A stretch of DNA of 64,000 bases from the human T2T-CHM13v2.0 reference genome, Homo sapiens. Shown here piece by piece: positions 27,143 through 38,281 of this stretch; position 1 is the first letter of the stretch; every line of letters begins with the position of its first letter. The notes beneath the pieces were generated by a model that did not search any database, was not told the DNA's origin, and was given only the letters and a program-made list of their open reading frames with translations. The stretch lies in the NCBI RefSeq assembly GCF_009914755.1, contig NC_060930.1. One strand, 5' to 3'. A program made the translations under genes and the position numbers.

Positions 27143-28513
27143 CCTCCTCGCTGGCCCCAGGGTACCACCCGGAGCACAGGTTTGGTGACCTTCTTCCTCA
27201 TCAGGGCTTTGTGCCAGCAAATGACTCCCTCACCAAGGAAGCAAGAGCCTCTGAATCCCATCTGGGCTCTTCCTGAACACCCCTATCTCCCCCTCTTGAG
27301 GCGTCCTCGCTCAGCCCAAGGTTTCAGGCACACTGACTGCTGTCCCACAGTCCCCGCTGTGGCCAGCCTCCCAGACCTGGCTCCTCTGGCCAGCCTGGTG
27401 AGGAAAGGCCTTTCCCCCAAAGGTTTTTCACAGAATCAGCCCTCACCCTCCTAGTTCCTTCCTCTGGTCATATTACTTCTGAAATGAGAGGTTTCTATGA
27501 ACCAAACTGAATCATAATCTCTTTCAAGCCATGTGTATTGCAAGCGTTTCTCAGGGCTTGCATTGTACTGAGGCAGGTGCTGTGAGTGAGGTTCAGGAAA
27601 CCATAATAAGTAGTTCATCCGGGGTCACAGTCCCCTGACTCTGCTCTGCTGTCCTTTCCACTTCACACCACAACCCTGTCACAAATGGACTCTGCAAGGC
27701 TGTTTGAAGAAACACCTTGAGATGCTAAAATAGCGATTAACTCAACTAACAGGCAAGTTCCTTTCTCCTCTGTTTCCTAAACCCCTGTGTTCCCAGCTCT
27801 GACTCCAAAGGGCTTGAACCCACACCAAGAAAGTGCTGAATCTACAGAGGGAAGCCTTGAGCAGGAGGGGAGGCTGCAGTCACCCAAGGCTCATGCCATC
27901 ACCCCACGAAGAGTTTCAGAACAAGGGAGGAAGATGAAGAGGCCTCCTTCCCTCACTTAAACCCCCATTCCAGGATGGCTCTTACATCCCACACCTCTGA
28001 CTCCTTGTTTTTAGGGTGAGTGTGTGTGAGAAATTACAGCTGGGACCACACTACATTTACACCTTGAGTTCTTAAACAAAACCACAAAAGAAAACCCGAG
28101 AAGATTTGACCAAAATGTGCCAAGATGCACAAGACAGGACTGTCAAATGAAACTGAGCAGCAGCAGAACAAGGACATGGGAGAGGAGGAAAGGGAGGGAA
28201 GAAGGGAGGATGCACCATGTTTGCATAGGAGATGGCAGAGGAGTGCACAGCAGCTGGTGATGAGGGGCCCCCTGCCCAAGGAGGCGACAGCACCCAGAGC
28301 ACTGGGCCAAGGCTCCCCTCTGCCCTAACTGGGCTCAGTAACACCTGCAACACAAGCCTCTCACCTCTTCCAGAAACCAGACAGTTATCTAATGGCCTTT
28401 AAGGGCATAAAACCTGTATTTTTGGGGGGGTGGAAGGAACTTGGAAGAACATGGTAAATTACTAGAGATGGGACAGCTACAGAACTGAGCACAGAAACTT
28501 CTCACTTTAGATT

Positions 28514-28736
28514 AGTGGCCCTTCAATTGGAGATGATGTCGTTCCCCAGGGGCATTTGGCAGTGTCTAGAGACATTCTCAATTGTCACAACTCGGGGGTT
28601 CCTGGCATCTAGGGATTGGGGACCAGGGATGCTGCTGAACATCCTACAATGCACAGAACGGCCACCCCAACCCTCCAACACGCAGCAAAGAAATATCCAG
28701 CCCAAAATGTCAACATGCTAAGGTTGAGAAACCTGG
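28514..28736 (+). mobile_element. MER20 (hAT-Charlie)
   Basis: 'ccccaggggcatttggcagtgtctagagacatt...ggcatctag...gggatgctgctgaacatcctacaatgcacag...cagcccaaaatgtcaac...ggttgagaaacc'. Confidence 0.9.
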
Positions 28737-29834
28737 TTTTTTGATAGTGGTGCTTTGAATAAATGAAGTCTCTGACATCAGCATATTATGGCACATTATA
28801 TTTTGCAATGAAAATTACTGTCCTTCATTCTAAAAACTTTGGTCTTCATGTCTGTAAAATAGGCGGATAGCTCAAGGTTGTCCTTCTTTCCAATGACGTT
28901 TTCCCTTTCCTAAATCATACCTGTTCTAATGATACACTTCCTTTTCCTATCCTGGAGTTTAATTTCATGTCCTCTGCTCAGAAACTGGGGGTATGTTGTA
29001 TGGGTGGCTGTGCTGCTGGGGGTGGGGCAGGACGTGAGTAAAGAAGAGAAGAGAGAGATGGTGGGAGAAAGTGTCCAGAATTGAAGAAACTGCACAAAAA
29101 AGAGGTTTGTCATTCTGGCTGGCAAGCTGGACACATGTGCTTTTCAGTCCTGATTTCAGACCAATGGGCTGCCCTCTGCCCCCACAACTGCCTGCTTCCT
29201 TGCTCCCCAGGAGGAGCTAGAGAAGGAGCAGAGGTTAGCCAGAGGAAGAGCTGGCAGGCAGCAGCTTCAAGACAGCTATGTCACTGGCAGGAGGAGGCAG
29301 AAGGTAAGATGCCAGGACTACAGGGCCAGGAGAATGCACACCAAGGAGGAGAGGACAAGCCAAGACAGAAGCTTCAACGTAACCCTGCACAGACCACTCT
29401 AGAACCAAGCCATGTTCTGTGGTGCCCTGCTTTCTCACCACCACCATCATTGTGGGCTTTTACCTTGTTGCCATTTCTACAGTGCCTTATTGAGTGCTTT
29501 GATGTCTGGGATATCTTATTTATTCCATACAGAGCTCCCAAGCTGGAGTCCATCTTGCAGAAGTTGGCATCGCTGGTTAAACTCATTCTGTGTTTCCTGA
29601 TCAGCAGTTTCAACAATTTCAATGATGAAGTGCAAACACTTGCAGCTGAGGAAGGGAAACATGTAAAGGACAGGCTGGAGTTGAGAGTGAACTTCTTGGC
29701 CTCCAAAGCAGTCAGGATTGTCTCTAGGACTTTCCCACACCCCTGACACTGTCCATGGTGCCCACTAGGGACACAGTGCACCTTTCCTTCCTTGTCATTA
29801 AGCCTCGCAACAAGCAGGCAGAGTAGATACAACC

Positions 29835-29965
29835 TTCTCCTGCTGTGCAGATGTAGAAACTCAGGTTAAAAGATGTTATGTAACTTCCTAGAAGCAAAAG
29901 AGCCAGGAAAGCATTGGTAGGATTTGAACCCAGATAAGTGTGACTCCAAGGCCACATGCATTCCA
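29835..29965 (-). mobile_element. MIR fragment
   Basis: 'cagatgtagaaactcaggttaa...ggatttgaacccagataagtgtgactccaaggcc'. Confidence 0.75.
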
Positions 29966-30429
29966 CTTAGTTTTACTTGTCTTCATCAGGAAGAGAAAAT
30001 AAAAGGGCTGCAATGCCTAGCCCCCAGGGAGAAGGACAATTTTCTAGCATCATTCAAACTATCCTTTCTGCCTACCTCTTTTCCCACCTGCTCCCATACA
30101 TCGTGAAGACTGGCAGGCCACCTTTCTGGGGAGTTTCTTCTTCTTAGTCAGCTCTCTCCCACAGCTCACACCTCCCTAGAAACAGAGAGAAACCAGTGGG
30201 TACTCCTATTAGTTCAGTGGTTCTCAAACTTGAGCTGCATCGGAATCACCCAAAGGGCAGGTTATAGCACTAATTTCTGGGTCCTACTTCCAGATGTTTC
30301 GGGCTGGTAAGTGTTGCCATTCTTTTACAAGGCCAACATACAAATCCAGAGTTCTCCTTTAAAATCTGCAAGAATCAAAGATTTTTCCACCTCCTTTGAG
30401 AAACAGTTTAGTCAATGCTATCCCCTTGT

Positions 30430-31220
30430 TAAACCAAACAACCTCAATGTCTATGGCTGGGAGAATAAATAAATTATAGTATATTCACACAGTAGAAAAC
30501 CATAAAGCAATGAAAATTAATAAACTGCTGCTACCACATCAATATGGATGAATCTTGCAAATATCATTTTAAATGAAATATCAAGTCACAAAACAATACC
30601 TATGATATGATGCCATTATATACTAAAATATGCATATATATTGTTTAGAAATATATGCATAAATGGTAAAAACTATAAAGAAAAATATCAAAATCATAAG
30701 AAAAAATAAATTCAGTGTGATTGTTACCTCCGGGGGGAAACATAAAGAAATAAATTGGAAAAAGCATTCAGTACAAAGAAAGTAATAGTATAAAACAGTA
30801 AAAAATAGTTCTTTTTAAAAGGTAGATCGTTGGGCCAGGCGTGATGGCTCACGGCTAAAATCCCAGCACTTTGAGAGGCTGAGATGGGTGGATCACCTGA
30901 GGTCAGGGGTTTGAGACCAGCCTGGCCAACATGGCAAAACCCCATTTCTACTCAAAATACAAAAATAGCGGGACATGGTGGCAGGTGTCTGTAATTCCAG
31001 CTACTCAGGAGTTTGAGGCAGGAGAATCACTTGAAACAGGAGGCAGAGGTTGCAGTGAGCTGAGATAGCGCCACTGCACTCCAGCCTGGGTGACAGAGTG
31101 AGACTCCATCTCAAAAAAGTAACAACAAAAAAAAGTAGATCGTTGTTCATGGGTATTGGTTTTACCATTATGTACCATCACTTATATATTATAAATATTC
31201 TTTTATAAATATATCATACT
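30430..31220 (+). mobile_element. Old L1 (L1ME-like) 3' fragment, interrupted by an Alu
   Basis: 'aaattatagtatattcacacagtagaaaac', 'atggatgaatcttgcaaatatcatt', 'ggtaaaaactataaagaaaa'. Confidence 0.6.
30833..31134 (+). mobile_element. Alu (AluS-like) with TSD
   Basis: Full dimeric Alu; 'gtagatcgttg' occurs on both flanks. Confidence 0.95.
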
Positions 31221-31630
31221 TGAATTAAAAACATAATTTAAAGAAATTAAAATGTTAAGCATTCAAAGAATATATGCCAAAATGTTACATTTCTTTCGGA
31301 AAATGGGAAGAGGAAGCATTATGGCATACTGTCATTTTTCATATTCTATAATTCTATAGCATATTTGATCTTCATGATGTTTCTATTTGAAAAAAGATTA
31401 AAGATTAAAGAAAAAATAAATTGAAGTCATGCAACATGAAATACAAATTATGTATGATTTGTATGTACAAATTGTATGAGATGTATGTACAAATCATGTA
31501 AGAGGACATTCTGGACAAGGCAAGCTCCTGGCATTTGACAGATGCTAATGCTGCTTCTTTTTGCATTACAGGCTTAGACAAATGATGCTTGAGACACACC
31601 AAGATACCTGCACACTAGAGGCTGCAGTCA

Positions 31631-31749
31631 CCTCAGAAGAAAGATGCCCCCTGCTCTGGCTGGTCAAACGGAACCAAGTCCGTCTTCCTGAGAGGTTTGG
31701 TCCCCTTCAACCAGCTACAGCAGGGCTGGCAATGCCCAGTCCTTGGAGA
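31631..31749 (+). ncRNA. MIR133B: pre-miR-133b hairpin; mature miR-133b UUUGGUCCCCUUCAACCAGCUA at 31696-31717
   Basis: Exact mature sequence with the terminal A that distinguishes 133b from 133a; 5p arm 'gctggtcaaacggaaccaagtc' at 31659-31680; starts 4574 bp after the MIR206 hairpin start. Confidence 0.99.
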
Positions 31750-32289
31750 AACAGAAGAGATTCAACTGCAACTGAAATTACCTACTAAAACTTTCCTTGA
31801 GAAAACAATTCTGGTTTTTTCACCATATTCTTATGCTCCCAGGAAGGAAGAGAAGAGGAGTCCTGGAGTCAAAAGTGAGCAAGATTTTAATGCTCAACAC
31901 ACACTGTTCTGTGCCTTTGCACTCACAGCTGCAGCCACTTACATGCTTTTGACAGACACACAGTCAAGAAAGAGTTTGAGGATGGAGTTTGTGCCAACCC
32001 TAAGCCAGCCAGGGGAAGAGCATGAGACATAGAAGACAGGGCTCCTGCTCACTAGGGGCTAACAGTCTAAGGAAAGAAATTAGACATGTATATATGGTGT
32101 GATCCAATTGAATTGCAAGTTATAGCATGGCTAGTTCCAAGGCATAATTCTTACCTATCCCACCAAATATGCCTAGCACATTATGTATCATCAAGTCTCT
32201 ATTGATCTATTCAGCCCAAGATATCTATTCACTAAGCAATCATTTCTCAGTTCCCTGATCTGTAGAATAGGGATAATAGTACCTGTCAC

Positions 32290-32530
32290 ACCAGGCACAG
32301 TGGCTTATGCCTAAAATCTCAGCATTTGGGGTGGCTAAGACAGGGGATTGCTTGAGGCCAGGAGTTCCAGATCAGCCTGGTCAACATAGCAAGATGCTGT
32401 TTCTACCAAAAAAAAATTTTTTTTGTTTTAATTAGCTGAATGCGGTAGTGCACACCTATAGTCCTAGCTACTTGGGAGGCTGAGGCAGGAAGATCACTTA
32501 AGTCCAGGAGATGGAGGCTGTAATGAGCTA
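32290..32530 (+). mobile_element. AluJ-like, 3' truncated
   Basis: 'ccaggcacagtggcttatgcct...cttgaggccaggagtt...ctacttgggaggctgaggcaggaagatcactt'. Confidence 0.9.
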
Positions 32531-32769
32531 AGTTCTCATAATCGCTACCTTTTACTAAGGGAGAATTCTGACCTGTCCTTCCAGTTTATCTTTTAAGATT
32601 TGTATCTTTTATGGTGTGTGTCTGGAACTTAGACAGTAATAAGTAAATATTTGGGTTTTAAATTCTATAGACATGTGTGTTCACATGCTGTATTCTGACA
32701 CAAATGGGGTAGCATAAGTGCCTAGAGCCCACCACAGTGACCTCAGAGGAGAACACAGAGCTTACTAGC

Positions 32770-32990
32770 ACAAATCTTTGCATTCAGGAAGACCTGGGGT
32801 TGAATGCTGCCCCTCTAATTTATTAGCTGTGATATATCCTCTCCGCAGCTCAATTAACATTGCACAAGCCTTAGTTTACTCATCTGTAAAATGGGGACAA
32901 TGATACCAACCTCAGTTACCGTAAGGCTTAAAACAGACAGTGTTAATAAAGAGCCAGATATAAGCCCTTAAGAAATAGTAGCTGTTGTTT
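32770..32990 (+). mobile_element. MIR
   Basis: 'gacctggggttgaatgctgcc...tagctgtga...ccttagtttactcatctgtaaaatgggga'. Confidence 0.8.
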
Positions 32991-33069
32991 TACTGCTGTA
33001 AATGGCAACAGCACAAGGACAATGCTGTGTCCACAGGCACTTGTATGTAGAAGGAAAGAGCCAAATTAA

Positions 33070-33457
<388 letters not shown>

Positions 33458-33709
33458 TATAGGGTATTTTTATATTCCAACTATTAATTCTACTAGCATG
33501 TAGCATACATGCATTCACCCTAGTACATATGACTAGCATATAATATGCTTTACTTTTAAAAAATGCTTTATACATGAGACTGATCTTACCATCTTCAATA
33601 TCCTGTCTGGAAAGCCTTCATTTGTGAGTGCTGTTGAGATCACATGTCCTCCCAGGTAGGACATGGAGTGTGAAGGCCATTGAGTGGGTGTTCCAAAGGG
33701 CAGCACAGA

Positions 33710-33930
33710 ATGGAGTTTAGTTGAAGGTGCTGGGGACACACTACCTGGGCTCAAGTCCCAGCTCCCCACTCTCCAGCTGTGCCACTTGAGCAAGTTGCTT
33801 GACCTCTCCAGGCCTGGGTTTCCTCATCTGTAAAGTAGGAATATTGATAATAATATCTACTTCATAGAGTTTCATGAGAATACATGTAAAGGCCTGAAAC
33901 CAGTATTGGGTACATAATAATACATTCTTA
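33710..33930 (+). mobile_element. MIR
   Basis: 'cctgggctcaagtcccagctccccact...gcaagttgcttgacctctc...tttcctcatctgtaaagtagg'. Confidence 0.8.
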
Positions 33931-34521
33931 AGAGTCTTTATTTCTGACAATGTACCTGAAATGTTCCTGAAATTAAGTTGGTGTTCAATAAAAACATGTT
34001 CACTGAAAGATCAGCTTCTTTGTTTATTTTAAGCACAAACTATGGGATCATGTAATTTTTGGTTCAACTATTTCTACTTATCTCTTTCAATGCAGCACAC
34101 TGGTTCAAAGCAGTAGTAAGGTGTGGGGGAAGGATGGCAACAAGCTTCTCTCTGCTTCCCAGGTCTGTGATGAAATGGAACTTCCCTGCGAACTAGGGGT
34201 ATGCCTCTGGGAGTAGAAGCAGGGTGATCTTGAAGCGCAGTCGCAGAGCTGTCACCCGGAAGTCACCTGGCAGAACAGAAAACAAACATGATGTGGCCAA
34301 ATACCAGCTGTCCTTAACAGGAGGGATCTTTTCCATCTGGAAGGGCAGAGGTCATGTAGGTAAAGATTAGATAACAATGCCAGGTATAGGTAAAAGGAGT
34401 GTTAAAAAAAGGGTCACTTTCATATTTGGGATATTATGGCTAAAATGCCTGATAAAACTGGACAAGACATATAAGGCTAAGACTAAATAATGTCTTCTCT
34501 CTGTTAGAAAGAAGCCAGCCA

Positions 34522-34985
34522 GGCCAGGCATGAGGGTTCTTGTCTATAAATCCCAGCACTTTGGGAGGCCAACGCTGGCGGATCTCTTGAGCTCAGGAGT
34601 TCAAGACCAGCCTGAGCAAAACTCCATCTCTACAAAAAATACCAAAAATTAGCTGGGCACAGGGATGGGGACGCTGAGGTGGGAGGATCGCTTGAGCCCA
34701 GGAGTTTGATTGAGGCTGCAGTGAGCTGCGATGGCACCACTGCACTCCAGCCTGGGTGACAGAGTGAGACCCTGTCTCAAAAACAAAAGAAAAAAAAAGA
34801 AGGAAAGAAGAGGGAGGGAGGTAGAGAGGGAGGGAAGGAGTGAGAGAGGGAGGGAAGGAAGGAAGGAAGTTAAGAAGGGAGAGAGGGAGGGAGGGAGAGA
34901 AAGAAGGTAAAGGAAAGGAAGGAAGGAGAGAGAAAGGAATAAAGAAAAAGAAAAGGAGAGGAGGGGAGGAGAGGGAAGGGGAGCA
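34522..34985 (+). mobile_element. AluJ-like element followed by a ~190-bp GA-rich purine tract
   Basis: Alu at 34522-34800, then (GGAA/GGGA/GAGA)n to ~34985. Confidence 0.9.
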
Positions 34986-35830
34986 AGCTAGCACACTTCT
35001 GGCAAGGGTTGGAGAACACGAGTGAACATTGTCATCCAACTTTCTACCTATCCCCTTGCCCTCAAGGGTCTTTGCAGAACACATCTTTGAGGGCCACAGG
35101 ATGGAAGGAGTTCTAGTCATAGCCTGCCTCCAAAGTCAAAATATCGTACTGTCCCCTCTTATTCACTCCTGGAGAATTCAACTTCCATTCACATTTCTGT
35201 TTGATTTTCCTTAAACCAGGAGGGGAGCAAATGTATTCCTGCTCCCACTCACCACTATAAAAAGACAGAACCTTTAAGAAAACATGTTTTCTGGTAAGTT
35301 TGAATGACCTTGATATCCATGTTCAAAGGTCCCACAAGCCCAAACTCTCCATTTCCGTAAGAAATCAAGAGGAATCAGAGAATGGGGACTGCTGCCCACG
35401 GGTTGCGGTTGCTCATCCTGCCACAGCCCCTCTTCAGGGCAGAAATCTAGGTTAGGCCACCCAGTGGGGTGTGTGGTTTTGTGATTGCTGCTGTGTCCCT
35501 TTATGTGTGTTCCTGTATCATCATCAGTCCTGTGCCAGTAAGTGGCAGCCCATGATGTCACACCGGTCAAACATGACGACTCTTGGTCACCCTCAGAATG
35601 GACCCCACCCCCACATCTGGTGAGTGTTGGGAGGAAGAAAGTGATAGCACAGGCGTGCTGAAGGAGCTCTTCCCCGGAAGGAGTTGACGGAAAATAGTGC
35701 GGGGCTATCTAACTGGCAGGAATCCAGACAAACAAGAAAATCCCATTAGTGCAGTCCATCAACGAGTTTCTTTCTGATGGTAATTCCCAGGGCTGGCAAG
35801 ACTGTTAGAAAACAGGCAGCTCATACATAG

Positions 35831-36268
<438 letters not shown>

Positions 36269-37740
36269 CCCTTGGCTATTCTTAAAATTACCTCTCCCTC
36301 CCTCCATTCACCATGCTTCCCCAAGAACCTTTACAACCATGCACCTTTCTCTAACTTAAGCCATCCTAGTGAGCCCTTTCATGGGAGTTTGGATTATTGG
36401 TCTATAAAAATTAAAGCTGTGTTTCCTTGGAAAGTTAAAATAGAAAGATGTGAAGCTTCAAAATTATTCCCAGTATTTCTCAGTAGTGCTTAGTAAGAGA
36501 TAAGAATGAACCAATTACTTAAAAAGAAACCAAAGAGAGAACAGATACAGAGCCCCAGAGGTATTTCAGTCCTGGACGTGGTTGTTCCCAAGGCCCAGTT
36601 CCTATATTCTGTATTCCTTTTTACCTAAGGCACTTAACACTGAAATTACATCATTTGCAAACAAAAGTGCCCTAACTCATATAGCATCAAATATATACCC
36701 TTTGACACTCTGGAGACATATTGTTAACTCACAAAGGGAAACTAACACAATCCATTTCTGTTTTTAAGAAAAATACATGTATGTATATGTTAAGAAAAAT
36801 ATGGAAGAATCTAGACCAAAGGTCCAAGAGTAAATATTTCTAGACAATGGATTTTTGGAGGACGGCCTCTCTGAATTTTCTAAATTTTTCCCAGCTAGCA
36901 TGTATTACTTGTAACAAAAAGTAAGCCACAGAGATTTTTTATTTTTATGTCTTTTTATTTTTCCCAAAGCTATACATGTACAAGGTTTAAATTTTTAAAG
37001 CTTATAATGTAAAATAGTAATCCCCTGCCCCACTCCCAATTTCCAACTGTCAGGGCTATCCAAATTTAAAACAATAAAAATATGTAAGGAGAGAACACAG
37101 GTCACTATGGCAGATGAAGTTTGGCAGCCTGCTGTGAATCAGATCTCACCATCCTTGCTGTACATCTGGCCATTCCTTCACCTAATGGCTCTTTCAAAAA
37201 CAAGGCTGAGTTTTACCCTAACTCACCATTCACTAAATCACCATTCAGTGTCCCCCTAAATCCCTACAGACAGGGAGAGCTGGGGGAAGGGTCGGTGGGG
37301 TCACCTTAGACACTATGTCATCCAAGACCCCGTGTGGTCCCTGCTCTGACCATCCTGTATGCCAAGGAAACATGCTCCATGCACATTCTTGACAGAACCT
37401 TGTCCTGAACACGCTCCTTTATGCCCCACATAAACCCCCCCCTACTGCTGTGTAAACCCATTTCCTATTGAATTTTCCTCTGGGGAAACTAAGAATAGCT
37501 GCATTTTCATCCACCCCAAAATAATTTTCAGTTCTTTCTTCATAGAAGGCCAATAAGTGGGTCTCAGGTACTTAGAGTTTTCAACCAAAATATCAGGAAT
37601 TATTGTTCTCTTAATAGAAAAAAGTATTATAAACAGGAATTACACTTATGAAACCACACTTCCAAGATACAGAAGCCGATGTACTCACAGCCAAATTTCC
37701 TGACATTCCACAGCTTGACTCACCGGACCACACCCAGGTA

Positions 37741-37800
37741 TTAGGTTGGTGCAAAAGTAATTGCATTGTTGCAGTTACAATTACTTTTGCACCAACCTAA
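37741..37800. mobile_element. MADE1 (Hsmar1 mariner MITE), internally shortened
   Basis: Perfect 23-bp TIRs ttaggttggtgcaaaagtaattg / caattacttttgcaccaacctaa, with TA on both sides. Confidence 0.93.
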
Positions 37801-37835
37801 TAGTCTCTTCACAAAAAATGTAAATTATTTTATAG

Positions 37836-37889
37836 ATAGAAACAGAACCAATATATATGAATATATAAGTACATATTCACATATATGTG

Positions 37890-37925
<36 letters not shown>

Positions 37926-38281
37926 GAGACAGAGAAACAGAAACAGATTTATTGCAGGGAATTGGCTCATGTGACTACGGAAGCTGACAAGTCCCAAAAT
38001 CTGCAGGAAGCTGAAGACCCAGGAGATCCAATGATGTAATTCCAGCCCAACGTTAGTCAAGCAGGACGAATTTTCTCTTACTCAGGGGAGCATCAACATT
38101 TTTTACCTGTTTGGGCCTTAATTTTACTGGATGAGGCCCACCCACATTATGAGGGCAATCTGCATTACTCAGTCCACCAATTTAAACATTCATCTCATCC
38201 CTCTCAGAAACACCCAGATTAACACTTGACCAAACATCGGTGCACTCTGTAGCCAGTCACGTTGACACATTAACCATCACA
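37836..38281 (-). mobile_element. MLT2-family (ERVL) LTR with internal (CA)n
   Basis: 'gaaacagaaccaata...ggaattggctcatgtgact...ggatgaggcccacccacatt...gttgacacattaaccatcaca'. Confidence 0.85.

Larger units (their letters stand above)
18850..31800 (+). ncRNA. LINCMD1: linc-MD1 / miR-206-133b host lncRNA (span approximate): 5' exon(s) ~18850-19826, long intron containing MIR206, terminal exon from 31572 containing MIR133B
   Basis: Published locus architecture. Seen here: branch CTAAT 31545-31549, pyrimidine tract and TACAG|G acceptor (AG at 31570-31571) 59 nt before the annotated miR-133b stem-loop, plus strong donors at 19120 and 19827. 'CACTGCCAGCTCTGGAAAAT' (19696-19715) and 'TGGGGTGATTGAGGTGGACA' (18851-18870) match my recollection of linc-MD1 RT-PCR primers (unverified). 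The TSS and 3' end cannot be determined from sequence. Confidence 0.7.

Noticed and set aside
29081-29746. Longest ORF (221 aa, + strand)
   Set aside because: Starts at TTG rather than ATG, has no recognisable domain, lies in the host intron and overlaps other open frames; not called as a CDS.
34593-35120. 175-aa minus-strand ORF
   Set aside because: Translation of a CT-rich tract plus Alu sequence.
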